Shown here piece by piece: positions 29,915 through 51,200 of a stretch of DNA of 64,000 nucleotides. The DNA comes from the human T2T-CHM13v2.0 reference genome, Homo sapiens: NCBI RefSeq assembly GCF_009914755.1, contig NC_060937.1. One strand, written 5' to 3'. Under the pieces are notes generated by a model that was not told the origin of the DNA, did no database searches, and worked only from the letters and a program-made list of their open reading frames with translations. Positions within the stretch are counted from its first letter, which is position 1; every line of letters begins with the position of its first letter. Both the position numbers and the translations under genes were made by a program.

Positions 29915-30250
29915 AGAGAATGATGGGTCCCAGAGGCTGGAAAGGAGTGTGGAGAGCAGGGAAAAAAGAGAGGATGGTTAATGGGTACCAGGATTCAGTC
30001 AGATAGAATGAATACCTAGTGTTTGGTAGCACAATAGACTATGGTTAACAATAATTCATTGCATATTTTAAAATAACTAATAGAGTGGAATTACAATGTT
30101 CCTAACACAAAGAAAAGAAATGGTAATACTTGAGGTGATAGATACTCCAATTATCCTGATTTGGTTATTACACATTGTTTGCTTGTATCAAAATTTCACA
30201 AATACCCCATAACTACATAAAACTATTATACACCCATAATAATTACAAAT
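29915..30250 (+). mobile_element. L1MA2-4-like 3' end
   Basis: GGTTAATGGGTAC, CTAACACAAAGAAA, TTGAGGTGAT..., GTATCAAAAT. Confidence 0.78.
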
Positions 30251-30481
30251 AATTTGCATATCTTTTGACTCTGGCAATAACTTTTCAGCAAGTTAAAACC
30301 AACATCTAGTTGAAACAAATAATTCTGCCATCACACTTTCTTTCCTTCATTGCTTACTGCCAATTTACTTGTGGCTTCATTTCTCATCTGTGACAAAATT
30401 TTCATTTTCAAATAATTTATGTTGTTTCTTTGAATTGTTTGGCATGGTGATTAAATTTTAAAGGTAATACATTGAGTTTTT

Positions 30482-31760
30482 CTTTTTAATACTGAGTTTT
30501 ATTTCACATGTATATTTTTGTCTCCCCACCATTTCCATGTTTGACTACCACTACTACTATGTCCTATCATACCACTCCATACATACTTAAAACCAAGCAA
30601 AGGGTGGAGTTCCATCTTTAAAAACTAAACAGGCATTTTGGACAACACATCCTTGGCAGTAGAATCTGGACAACATTTATCAAACATGGTAGGGAAAATT
30701 CTCACTCTGCATTATAAAAAGGACAGCCAGATATCAACTGTTACAGAAATAAAATAAGAGGGAAAACTTTAACAAATTGTTTGAACTATTTTCTTAAAGA
30801 GACTTCCTCCACTGCCAGAGATCTTGAACAGCCTCCTCCTCAGTCATCCGGAAGCAATTCTTCACATAAATCATGAACTTGGCTTCCACTTTGGGAAGGG
30901 AACCACTTTTTCTATACTTGCTTGCATTTTTGCTTTAATGTCCTCTACAGCACTTGGTTCTTTTGGTGTTTTAGGAGTTCTTTCCCGTTTTTTGTAGGAT
31001 TTTTGTTCTTTGATCTTGGTGTCGATGCTGGTTTTGAGTCTTTTCCATTCTGATTTGAATTTTGTGCATTTTTGGCTGGAGTATCTCATATAGATTTCTT
31101 CACTGGCGCTTTTTCTTCAGTTTCCTCATCATCAAAATCATCACCATCATCTTCATCATCATCAGCTTCATCATCATCTTCATCACTAGCAAGTTTTACT
31201 TTTTTCTGTGGAAACTTGCTACCACCTCCAGGGGGAGAAGGCTTTCCAGATATACTTAAGAGTTTCAAATCCTCCTCCTCTTCATCTTCTGACTCTGCAT
31301 TTTCCTCCCCAGCTACTAAGTGCTGTCCACTAATATGCACTGGCCCTGAACCCCACTTCAACCGTAAGAGCACTGGTGGTGTTATTTCAAAGCCCCCAAG
31401 GGAAACCATTGGATGTACAGGCATTGTCAAAGTTGTCAGCGTTACTTTAATTGGAATCCCTTCGTAATTCATGGCCTCTGCTTCAACAACGTGCAATTCG
31501 TCCTTTGCACCAGCTGCTAAACTCACCGTTCTTAAAGATAACTGGTGCTCATTTTCATCATTATCCACCTTAAAGTGATCATCTTTGTTGGCCTTTAGTT
31601 CACTACTGAAAAGATAATTCTAGGGCCTCAGGGGGGACATGTCCATGTCCATCGAATCTTCCATCGCGTGGCGGCACGCACTTAGGTAGGGGAGAAGGCA
31701 GATGGAGATAAACGACCACTGCTCAGGAGAACAGTCGCTCAGGACAGAATCACATCAGGG
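30482..31760 (-). pseudogene. NPM1: Processed pseudogene of nucleophosmin (NPM1/B23.1-type mRNA): 5'UTR, CDS remnant 31664-30794, 3'UTR, short A tail
   Basis: Minus strand reads MEDSMDMDMSPLRP* from ATG at 31664, then ...[16 protein letters not shown]...GGFEITPP...acidic tracts...EKAPVKKSI*, ending [13 protein letters not shown] (30796-30794). Intronless. Stops at 31622-31620 (Q15) and 31088-31086, plus two frameshifts downstream. TSD ACATTGAGTTTTT at 30469-30481 and 31761-31773 with a TT/AAAA target. The symbol names the parent gene; the NPM1P number is unknown. Confidence 0.97.
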
Positions 31761-34388
31761 ACATTGAGTTTTTAATATCGCATATTTTAATCTTATATAA
31801 GCTTATAAAAATTGATTTTTAAATTGTTTCTTTCCAAGTGTCTGAATTAGTTCTAAGAAATGTGTGAACAGTTTTGTCCTTTTTCATCAAAGCAGAAGAA
31901 TTTCAATTGTTTAAATACATGCTTTCAGCTCTAATTACTCATTAGAGAAAATAAGTTAAAAATGTGTGGTTTTAATATTTATGTTAAAGAACAAAATCAA
32001 AACTTTCCCTAATATATGGATTAACTGGTACAATTAACTAGTAATGAATGTAAATTACTCTGTGGCATATCTCATTATGGTGTTAGTCTAAATTTAAATT
32101 TACAATTTAAATTTATAATTATATATATGCATATATAAAATGAAAGAATTGCATGTAAATCACTTATAAAAAAAGACTTTATGAAATGAGGTTAAAAAAA
32201 TCCAAAGATAAATCAAGCTACTTCCCTTGGAAAGCTGACACCTTTCATATGATTTTATTAAATTTTGACCCATTTAAGTCATACAAAATAGTGGACTCAT
32301 ATTAAATGAAGCACAAATAAAGAAATATCCAAACAACAATTTTATCAAGGGGATATGTCAAATTACCTAGAAATTACACTACCCTTTTGCAAGCACTATC
32401 CTAAATAATTTGAGAACAGAGATGACATTTAAAAGTAAAGAAGAAAATAGGAAGAGAAGATTGTAGGAGGAAAGATGTATTTCCTTTGCTGATATTTAAC
32501 ACTATCATTTTTCTTAATTATTCTTGACATTTCACACATTTCACCCATTATTCCCTGAGCTCCCCTAAAGCACAGCTTTTTTTAAAATGTAGGGCTACTT
32601 ACTTTTGAGGACAAATTGTACATTGCTGTTCTTTAATAAATTCAACCTTTTATTCTTGATCCTATTCCTCATATATAAGCAGATAGCACCACCTGTCTTA
32701 TAAGCTGGTGCCTTTATAGCATGGATTTCTGTAAACATGCTGCTAAAAGTAGAATTAATTTCTTAGATTGAATGAAGTAGGGAGGCATTTGAATATCTAG
32801 CATTTAGAATAAGTAAACTATTGATAATTAAAATTATATACTCTTTAGATATTTACATTATATATTTTGAATTTTAAAGAACATCAAAAGCAATGCAAAT
32901 TCTTAATTAACATTGATAGTATAAATATCTTTCATATCTTGAACCTACAAATTCAAGAGTCTAGCTATATTCTGTTATTCTTTAAGCAAAATAACCGTGT
33001 TTATTACTTTACTTCTTTTAGTGTTTGTCCTTTAGCCACATATATCCATATTAATTATTTAAAGTACGTGTATTACTTTAAAATTTGTTGTGATACCTTA
33101 GATTTCATGTTTGCCTATATAATATGCAAAATCATATACTGACATCATATTGTAAATGAGAGCTTTATCTTATTCTCCTTTATATAATTTGTATTTCAAG
33201 AAGTATAGATATTTTAATTAAAATTAGTCTACTTTAATATCCATAATCTTATCTGTATTATATGAAATTTACTGAAGAAAAGCTAAAACCAAGTAATTGG
33301 CCATTTTTACCTATTTGAGATTTCAGAAAATCATGCTTTCTAAAACTTAGTAGGATTTTGGTAAAACAAACCAAAACTATAGATTAAGACATTGTCTAGC
33401 TGAACTGGATTAAAGAAAAATACAAATATTTGTATTGGTACATCTTCAGTATTCACAAGGAGAGAAAGCATAACAGCAAGTAAAAAGAAAAATTAAAAGA
33501 AACTAATGTTATCACCTATTTAATGTTACATAGTAATACTGTTGATGAATAAATATTTCTATAAAGTATCAGAAATTAAGATTCCAGCATATAGCTAGAA
33601 GAATTACTTTTAATAATACATATCTATGTGTATATCAAGCACACTTTTTTTTAAAAAAAACTAAAGATATTAAAAGTAAAGTGTCCCTTAATTTATACTC
33701 AAATATTTTTGGGAAAAAAATATAAAAATCTACTTTTTTCTTAAATGATTGCTTGTCTTTAAACTTTTTATTTTATAAGTTAATTTCTTAAGCATAGAAA
33801 ACTTTTTAGTAGCATGCATTGCATTAAGTCTTACAAGTACATGCAACAAAACTAGTGGATTTCAAGATTCCATTTTCGAGGCTTGAATGCTATGTTTAGT
33901 AGTGTAATGACACTCACTACTGAGTGAGTGTCAGAAATCTGGTGTTGTTTTCTCTAAAGCATAGGGACAATGGGCAAAACAAAACTAATGATTCTGTGAC
34001 AATGTAATTGTATTACCATTATTATACATAAAGGTGTATTTTAAACTGTAATATATCACAAGCAAGTTTTTACACTTCTATCCATTATTTGATCGGTACT
34101 TTCATTGAAATTTGTAACATTTACAAAACTTATTAATTTGAAAATATGTTCATGTACTTACAATTGCATTAAATTATAAATTAAATAATACTTCAACATT
34201 TGAATTATAATATTCAAATGAAAGTTGTGAAGAAAGCAAATGCCACGTATAATTGCCATGTATATTGATATGTGAATAGAAATACATAAGCACAAATACT
34301 CAAAAAGAATAACATACTAAATTAATTTCATACAATACTGCAGTTTTAAGTTGTATGTTTGCTGATTCATTAAAGGAACTTTTGAATA

Positions 34389-34987
34389 AATATACAAAAA
34401 TCGCTAGCATCCCTTGACACCAACAGCAGTCAAGCTGCGAACCAAATCAAGAATGCAATCCCATTCACAGTAGCCACAAAAAGAATAAAATACCTAGGAA
34501 TACAGTTCACCAGGAAGGTGAAAGATTTCTACAGTGAGAATTACAAAACATTGCCCAAAGAAATCAGAGATGACACAAACAAATGGAGAAACATTCCATG
34601 CTCATGGATATGCAGAATCAATATGAATAAAATGGCCATACTGCCCAAAGCATATTACAGATTCAATGCTATTCCTATCAAACTACCAATAACATTCTTC
34701 ACAAAACTAAAAAGATAAAACTATTTTAAAATTTATATGGAACCAGATAAAGAGCCCAAATAGGCAAGGCAATCCTAAGCCAAAAGTATAAGCTGAAAGC
34801 ATTATGTTACCCAAGTTCAAACTATACTACAGTGCTACAGTAACCAAAACAGTATGGTACTGGTACAAAAACAGGCACATAGACCAATACAACCGAATAA
34901 GAGCCCAGAAATAATTCTGCACATCTACAGTCATCAGATCTTTGACAAAGCTATCAAAAACAATAGGCCAGTTATCCCAGCACCATT
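34389..34987 (+). mobile_element. Internal L1 ORF2 fragment (old L1PA/L1PB) ending in a 21-bp inverted L1 piece
   Basis: ORF 34518-34718 ([23 protein letters not shown]). 34967-34987 is the reverse complement of L1 AATGGTGCTGGGATAACTGGC. Confidence 0.85.
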
Positions 34988-35007
34988 AAAAAATGTGATG
35001 TGATTAG

Positions 35008-35912
35008 TGCTCAACATCACTAATTATCAGAGAAATGCAAATCAAAACCAAATTGAGATATTACCCCACAGCTGTTAGAATGGCTATTATCAAAAAGAAA
35101 AAAAGTTGGAGAAAACTGGACAAAAAGGAACCCTTGTTACTGTAGATGAGAATGCACAACCATTATGGAAAACAGTATTAAAGTCCTTTAAAAATTAAGA
35201 CTAGAACTACCCTATGATCTAGCAATTCCACTTCTAGGTATATATCCAAAAAGGGAAAAGGAATCACATACTTGCAGAGTTATCTGCACTCTCGTGTTCA
35301 TTGCAACATTATTCACAATAGCTAAAATATAGAAACAAGCTATGTGTCACACAACAAATGAATGGATAAAGAACACAATGCATTGTTATTCAGCCTTAAA
35401 AAAGGAAATACTGCCATTTGCCAACAACATGGATAAACCCATAGAACATTATGTTAAGTGAAATAAGCTAGACATAGAAAGAGAGATACAGCATGATATC
35501 ATTTGCACATAAAATCTAAAAAAGTGTTAAATGCATAAGTAACAGAGAGTAGAATTTGGGTTGTTAGGGCCTGGGATGTGGCAGAAAAGAGAAGATATTG
35601 GTCAAAGAGTCAAAGAAACTTTCAATTATAAAATGAATAAGTTCTGGAGGCCTAACCTACAGTGTAATAACTATAGTTAATACTGTATTGTATACTTAAA
35701 ATATGCTAAGAGAGTAGATCTCAAGTGTTCTTACTCCCCACTCCCCAAACATACACATACATACAAAATAGTAATTATTGAATTGATGGATGTTAATTAA
35801 CTTTATTGTGTTAATCATTTTGCAATGTATATGTATATCAAAACATTGTTATACATCATAAATATATTCAATTTTTATTTTTCAATCATACCTCAGTAAT
35901 ACTGGGAAAAAA
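35008..35912 (+). mobile_element. L1MA9-like ORF2 end and 3'UTR
   Basis: Starts TGCTCAACATCACTAATTATCAGAGAAATGCAAATC; L1MA-type 3'UTR (GCTAAGAGAGTAGATC...ATACCTCAGTAA). Confidence 0.82.
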
Positions 35913-36027
35913 GCACTCCAGAAGGAAACAATGAGGGGAAAAAGAAATAGCTGATATGTTTTTCCATTAAAAAAATCCAACAGTGAATAAATTTGCTAAG
36001 CAAAAAAATAAAATGTTCATTCTGTGG

Positions 36028-40640
<4,613 letters not shown>

Positions 40641-41316
40641 CTGACAACATTTATCCCAACTATTACTTAATTTATTTATGCTCCTTAATCTCCTCAGAAG
40701 ATTCACCAATTCTACTAGGATTACTTTGCTAAAAATAACTGCCTTATTTCTCTAGATCTTCATAAAAATATCTACTATTAACACAGAAATTCTAATCTAA
40801 GTATTTTTCAATAAACGCTTTATATATACAGATGAATTGTAATACTTCAATGAAACTGATTGATTCTAAGAGGGAAAAAACATTAAAAACCCTACAGATA
40901 ACTCAATAGTTAAGAATATATACCAGGAATTTTATAGTGGCCTATTTATATTGTTTTGAAAAGCAAGTAATAATAGAAAGCGTCCATAAATGCAGTTAAA
41001 ATGCTATTATGTCATTAATGCAAACCAATAAAGTTTCTCTAAATATTATAAACTTCTGTAATCCAGGAAAATTATCTGCTGAGCATTTAGTAGTAAATGT
41101 GAACAAAAGTATTTGTTAATAAACAAAATTATAACATTTATATTTATGGTGTTAAAAGGAAACCATATAATTTACCACATACATTATGAATGGTTTTCCA
41201 AATATTAAAATAATTAAATATTAAATCAAAATGACAGCTGTGAAAACTTATAACTACTTTAATGTGTTGAATGCCTCAAAATTACATATTAATACATACA
41301 TACACACACACATATG

Positions 41317-41648
41317 GAGTTATCTCTTGGTATCTGTGGGAAATTGGTTTCGGGACCCCCAATGATACCAAAATTCATGAATGCTCAAGTCTCATATAAA
41401 ATGGTACAGTGTTTGCACACAGCTTACATATATCCTATGCTATACTTTAAATCATTTCTAGATTACTTATAATACCTAATATAATGCCTACACATTACTT
41501 CAGTCTCATGGATTTAACATAGCACTCTGGGTTCAACAAATTTAACTTTTGCTTTTTGGAACTTTGTGGAGGGTTTTTCTGAATATTTTTTAGTTAATAT
41601 TTGGTTGAATTCATGGATGTGAAACCTATGGATATGGAGGGCCAACTA
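41317..41648 (+). mobile_element. MER2B-like (TcMar-Tigger)
   Basis: Ends GTTATCTCTTGGTATCTGTGGG and CCTATGGATATGGAGGGCCAACT resemble TIRs; MER2 core CTAGATTACTTATAATACCTAAT. Confidence 0.8.
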
Positions 41649-42804
41649 TATACACACACACATATACATATATAAGCATGCGTACAGATACATATATACT
41701 CTGCATATATATATTACAAAATTATATATAAACATTTATTGATGTGGTAAGCAGAGTATCATAAGTACATGAAACAGTTTAAGTACTTTCTTTGTAATGA
41801 AAATCAAAGATTGGGAATGGCATTTTATAAAAAATAGAGTGTAGCAAGTCCACAGATCCAAAGAATACAACAAAAACCTGAGTAAAATTAATGAGCTTAT
41901 TAATTAGAAAGCTCTGTTTGGGGAGCCAGGTTACTTAAAGACTCTTTCCTTGCTCCTTTTTCATAGAAGCTAAATTTTTTAGTTTGAGCCAGAGCTCAAC
42001 GCCAGGTAGATATTGAGTCTCTGGGTTCCCTGTATAGAAAGCTAAGTTATTCTCAAGAAAATAACATTTTTTAGAAAGTTTATGTATTATATATCAAAAT
42101 TACTCTGGAATTTTAAAAATAAAAGCATGAGGAAAATAGCGCTGGCAATTTACAACAATAAAAACAATGGAAAATAACCCCAAAAAGGTATTTCAAATTT
42201 ATGTAAGATCAAACACCACAAGGAAGACATGTAATCTGAAATAAAAAAAAATCCACTGACCCTCATGGCTTTACAGTGTATAAAGCAAGCACTATTGATT
42301 AATATAAGAATAATAAATTCACAATTCTAGTGAAATAATTTAACTTATTTCTTTTAGAAATTTAAAGATTAATTTGATGAAACATTAATTAGGATATGAA
42401 GTATTGATTGAGATGATGAAAATGACAAGTTCAAATTAATGGACATATATAGCATTATTCCCAAGACAGTATACACATTTCATTTAGACTCTCAAAGAAC
42501 ATTTAAAAGTGTTAATTAGGTAATAAGCATTTAGGAAAAAAATTGCAATGTTAAAAATCTTAAAAACAATTAGGAAAACTAGTAATGTAAAAACACAGTA
42601 GTCCTGTTCAAATCTTCTGGTGAAATTAATAAAAATTGTTTGGTAAAAAAATTTTAACTTATTTTAAAAGCATAAAACTAGCAAGATAGTGAGTAATTAT
42701 CAAGCCAAAAATATTTGTGATAGTAGCAACCAAGAGATATAAATATTACTGAAGCTGTTTTTTTATGAAATTATTTTACAAAATAAGGGAAATGGAGCAT
42801 TGAT

Positions 42805-43220
42805 GTTTTTCTTTTTCTTTCAGTTTTATTAAGGTAGAACATATATAAGAACGAAACATATTTAATGTGAACCATCTGATGAGTGTGGACAAATGCAAAC
42901 ATTTGTGATAGCACTACCACAATCAAAGTAATAGACATGTCTAACACCTCTCAAAGCGTCCTTTTGTTTTTTATTTTGTTTTTGTTTTTTCTTGTGGTAA
43001 GAGCACTTAACGTGAGATCTACTCTCATAAATTCTTAAGTACATGTTGTCTATTGTTAACTATAGCCACTACGTGAAAGAGCAAATCTCTACTTTTTCAT
43101 ATAGCAGAACTGGAACTTCAGAGTTATTCAAAAACAACCATTTCTCTTTTCTTTAGGCCCTGGCAACCACTATTGCCTTTTCTGCTTCTTTGAGTTTGAC
43201 TATCATGGATACTTCTACAA
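42805..43220 (-). mobile_element. L1MA10/L1MB-like 3' end
   Basis: GTGGTAAGAGCACTTAACGTGAGATCTACTCTC, CCCTGGCAACCACTATT. Confidence 0.7.
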
Positions 43221-44122
43221 ATATTGATTTTCAAGATCAGGAAAAATACCGGGACCAGAAGACAAATTTCAGAGCCACCTAAATTGTGGAGTCTAATAAA
43301 AGATTCCTTTCTCCTAATGATGTGACCATCCAAAGGATACACTCTCAGTGTAAACGTAAACCCAGAATAAAATTTTATCATCAGCCTTCAGGGAATGTGG
43401 CTTTAAATTAAGCGGAAGTCTCTTTGGTGCTAAGCAGAGCATGGGGAAATGATGTTGAGAAAGTGTAAATATAGCGCCTCTCTGGCAGACACTGAGCTGA
43501 AGTTCACCATACCTAGGTGGGGAAAACCATCCAATCATTGATTTAGTTTAAAGTAGATCCTAAAATTAGTGCCTTCTGAAGCATAGAAGTATACACAAAT
43601 ACCTGCTAGAGTTACTCCTTCATTCTGAGCCCGAAAATGGTCTGACACAAAAATTTTTTGGAAATGAATCACTCACTCAAAAGCCATTTGGCACAAAGAC
43701 AAGGAAGAAAATAAATAAATGAATATGTATGTATGTGTGTCTGCGTTTCTGTGTTCACATATAAATGCATATTCATTTATATATTAATATATGTAGGTGT
43801 ATCTGCATATAACAACAGGAAGGAAAGAAAAGACCTTCTGCTATTGGAATTATCAGACACATGTAAAATAAAAATTCATAAGAGTGAAGTAATATAGTCA
43901 ATGTAATAATATAAATAACTCCAGACTTAGAAATCTATACACAGAAAAATCATCCTCAAAAACCAGGAGAAATTTGAAATATTTTCATAAAACAAAAGTT
44001 GATAGGTTGTACTACTGGCAAAAAAAAAAAAAACAAACAAAAGAAATTGTAACAGATATGTTTTAGGCAATAAAATACAAATCACAGAATGAATACCTGA
44101 TATGTAAGAGATGAATAATACA

Positions 44123-44412
44123 GGCTCACACCTGTAATTACAGCACTTTGGGAGGCTGAGGTGGGTGGATCATGAAGTCAAGAGATCAAGACCATCCTGG
44201 CCAACATGGTGAAACACCGTCTCTACTAAAAATACAAAAATTAGCTGGGTACGGTGGCGGATGCATGTAGTCCCAGCTACTTGGGAGGCTGAGGCAGCAG
44301 AATTGCTTGAACCCCGGGAGGTGGAGGTTGCAGTGAGCCAAGATCGCGCCACCATGCTCCAGCCTGGGTGACAGAGGGAGACTCCATCAAAAACATAAAA
44401 AACAAATAATAC
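44123..44412 (+). mobile_element. AluSc-like, slightly 5'-truncated
   Basis: CAAGAGATCAAGACCATCCTGGCCAACATGG; A-rich tail. Confidence 0.92.
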
Positions 44413-44515
44413 AAAGTAAATACTTAGATCTATATAAATAAACATTGTTCACTAAAGTAATGCTGTTAATTACTTCTGATTTTAAAGAAAAAATAGATAA
44501 ACTTTAAAAAAAAAA

Positions 44516-47581
<3,066 letters not shown>

Positions 47582-47846
47582 TCCGAGCTTCACAACTTAA
47601 AAAAAAAACAAAACAATAAAACATCACACCTTCCTGAGACCAGAAGAAGAGGCAATTATTCCAAATTACTTTACAGGATTATAAAAACTAGAAATCAAAA
47701 TCTAATAATGGCAATAGTAGTAAGATTGTTAATAGGCCTACCTCAAGTATCTTAACATATTAGCAAAGAAAAATCCAGCTATATGGAAAATTGTGTTTAT
47801 TTCCAATTAATAGAATTTAGTTTTCTATAAACTAATCTTGGGTCAA

Positions 47847-48192
47847 TTTATTAGTCCATTTTTAAAATGCTGATAAAGACATACCCAAGATGGGGCAATT
47901 TACAGAAAAAAGAGATTTATTTACAGTTCCACATGGCCTGAATAGCCTCACAATCATGGCAGAAAGCAAAGAGGAGCAAGTCACATCTTACACACATGGT
48001 AGCAGGCAAAGAGAGGGCTTGTGCAGAGAAACCCCCATTTTTAAAACCATCAGATCTCGTGAGACCCATCCACTATCATGAGAAGAGCATAGGAAAGACC
48101 TGCTTCCATGATTCAATCATCCCCCACTGGGTCCCTTCCAGTGGGAGCTACAAGATGAGACTTGGGTGGAGACACAGAGCCAAACCATATCA
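47847..48192 (-). mobile_element. THE1 solo LTR
   Basis: TATTAGTCC...GAGCCAAACCATATCA; perfect TSD GTCAA at 47842-47846 and 48193-48197. Confidence 0.92.
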
Positions 48193-48299
48193 GTCAATTA
48201 TATATTGGGTTTAATATCAATTATTTTAATCAACTGCACTAAAAAAATAACATTTAAAAAGCCCACAAAATTATTAATATTGATGGTGTAATTCCCTAG

Positions 48300-51200
48300 G
48301 AAACTGACTCTAAAATGGAAATGTGCTGCAATTCAAGCTTAATGGCAGCCTTTATCAAATCCTTCATAGTTGTCCTGGGTTATACCTCATGGTCATTTGA
48401 TGCTGGTTGCTTCCAGAAGCTCTCTGAAGCTGAGGCATCCATGAAAAAGCTATAAGCTGCAGTTGCCTACTGACAGCCCCCTCAGATTTGATGTTTTCAT
48501 CCGGGATGCCCATAAACTCCACACAGCATCTTTTTCTATCACTTCCATTTCTAATGGCACAGTGTCTGAAATTTATGGATCAAGCTTTGGAGCTGCTTTC
48601 ACTTTAGCCTGGTCCTGATGCAGAGTCCTTTCCTGCTCTGTATCTCACACAAACCCGGCAGCTTTTCAAATCACCCAATGTATGGTGTGGAGCAGCGTCC
48701 CCAGATGTTGCGTATGCTGCCTCCAGTGCTTGAATAGGCTACCAGGCACTACTGCTTCTTCATGGTGTAAAATGTAAAATATATTAATTTTTCCTTTGGA
48801 AGAGTATTTCAACATGCCTCTGACCACTGGTCTCTTGATAATTTAACTGATTTTGTAGGCACATCAGCATAGGGCTTATTTTACACCCTCTGAGGCTTGG
48901 GTCATAATAAGGTCTCTAATTTAGCAGTCCTTTCTTATTCATTTGGACCAATTAACATGATATGAACAGTAAAGTGGATCAATGTGATTTTCAGAAGAAC
49001 CAGGCAGTGCAGCTCTCTATAGACTTTCTTAATACAAATGGTAAGAGAGTAAGCATACCCCTGATGTTAATATATAGCATATACTATTTTCCATTCTATG
49101 TGAACGTAAACTGCTTGTGATCCTTTTTTCTGATAAGGAGATAAAAGCAAAGATAAGCAAGCAAGCCAGAAAACAAACAAAAAACACCTTCAACAAATGA
49201 ATGGCCACATACCGTTTACCTGAGGTTGTATTTGTTAGTATACTCTGGCAAAGGCACTGCATCTGGCATCGTGGCTGCGATTGGGGATGTTATTTCGTTA
49301 TGACTGTGATAATCTACCATTATTCTCCGGGATCTGTCTTGAATATTAATTGAGCGTATGTCCAAAACTATAATGCCTACATTCTTTCATGGGCGTCCAG
49401 TCTTTGGGCATCCCCAGGCCACATTGGAAGAAGAATAATTGTTTTGGGCAACACATAAAATATGATAGCACTAGTGATAGCTGATGAGCTAAAAAAAATA
49501 TATAGCAAAAAAAGTCTCATAATGTTTTAAGATATTTTATGAATTTATGTTGGGCTGCATTCAAAACCTTCCTGGGCCACACGTGGCCTACAGGCCATAT
49601 GTTGGACGAGCTTGCTTTATATACTTAAAAATGGTAATAAATTTTATGCTCTTAACAAAAAATATATATTTGATTTTTTTATTGTTGTTTTGTTTTTAAT
49701 TTACTTATTTGGCTGAGGCTGGGGGCAGAATTATTACAGGCTTATACTTTCCCTTTGCCATGCTGATATCATGATCTCATGCCATAGGCCAAAAACCCTG
49801 TGCCAGCTACCAATTATGTCTGTTTTGATTATACATTCATAAACCAGGAAACTGATCACTGGATGGATTCAAGAACTAGTGGAGACAGCAGGAGTCAAAC
49901 CTGGGACAAGACTTCGCTTGTTGCATGTATTCCAAATCCCCCGATCTAATAAGAGTGCCATTATGATTCTCCATATCCTTCATTATTAATGGCCCCGTAT
50001 CCAAGACACATCCAAGTATTTCAAGATTTCCCTTTCCTCAGTACATATTTATCTTTGATTGGTGCTGCAGGACATTTCAACCTGGGATTCCAACACTCGA
50101 AGAGTCTGGAGATTCTGGGTCAAAAAACATTCTCAGTACTAAAATCTAGGAAAAAGGTGCTGACTTTTTTTTACAGTGACATCCCTCAGCCTCCTGGTCA
50201 TCCATTTTTGCTTTCATTAAATGATTATAAATGAGTAGGTCCCTTTTGCTTAATGCCCAGTCATTTTTCCCCTGAGGTGCCAATTTCTATAATTAGGGAT
50301 GCCGTTTCTTTAATTTGCTACAAGTGAGGCTCCCCATGTGCCCTTTTGACCTTGCCACATATCACAATAACTGCATCCAGTTGACTGTCAATAATCAAGT
50401 ACCATTGTTTCAGAGTCCTACCGTCCTGCTGGCTGTCAATAAGCCTAGTTCCCTAATGGCTTCTCATACTGTCAAAAGTGGCTTACACAGAGGGCCACCA
50501 TCAAACATTTCCTGGTGCCCCCTCACTAACATATTCCTAGCACACTTGGTAAATGGCATATCATGTGATATTCCCCTGCAACATAATCTGACACATTCTA
50601 AGCCCTTATATAAAATTGCCATTCCAGTAAGCCTATTTCTGAGTATTTTAACCCATTGCTTTACAGTGTGCAACGGCAATACTGACATTTCAATGTCACT
50701 TAGAGTAGTCCATTGATTTTTCCCTGTTTCTACAAGTCATTCTAGTAGCAAGTTTACCTCATGTCCTGGAGTTTTTTACAAGTAGCTAAATAGTTTATTT
50801 CAGGTCAGTGCTCCAAAATCAATAAATTTTCTCATCATCAAAGGACTTCAAAATTCAGTCCCTCACACTCTTGTTTTCTAGTGGTACATGCTAGCTAGGT
50901 CTTTCGGATCCTTTGATTTTTTTTTTTAAGTCTCTTTTCTCTCTCTCGCTCTTTTTTTTTTTTCATATCTTCAGCAGGTGTAACTTAATTCTATAGTAGT
51001 AGTGGGAAGTGGGAGCAGATCCTGGTTGGAGAAGGAGTATTACAGTCCTGAAACAGAATTTTGTAACATCTCAAACAAGAAATGTGTGCCAATGCAAAAT
51101 GTGGATGAGTGGACCATTTCTGCAGGACCAGTAAGTTCAGAGGAATCTGAATATACAAAATTTCAAAAAAAAAAAATCAAACCAGATATTCCTATCACAT

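Noticed and set aside
31072-31467. Ser-rich 131-aa plus-strand ORF
   Set aside because: Antisense reading of the NPM1 acidic GAT/GAA tracts.
43471-43490. CTCF-like GCCAGAGAGGCGCTA (minus strand)
   Set aside because: An extra base breaks the core spacing; lies in probable old L1 5' sequence.
48123-48145. 8-bp inverted repeat in the THE1 solo LTR
   Set aside because: Short; explained by a small deletion in the LTR.
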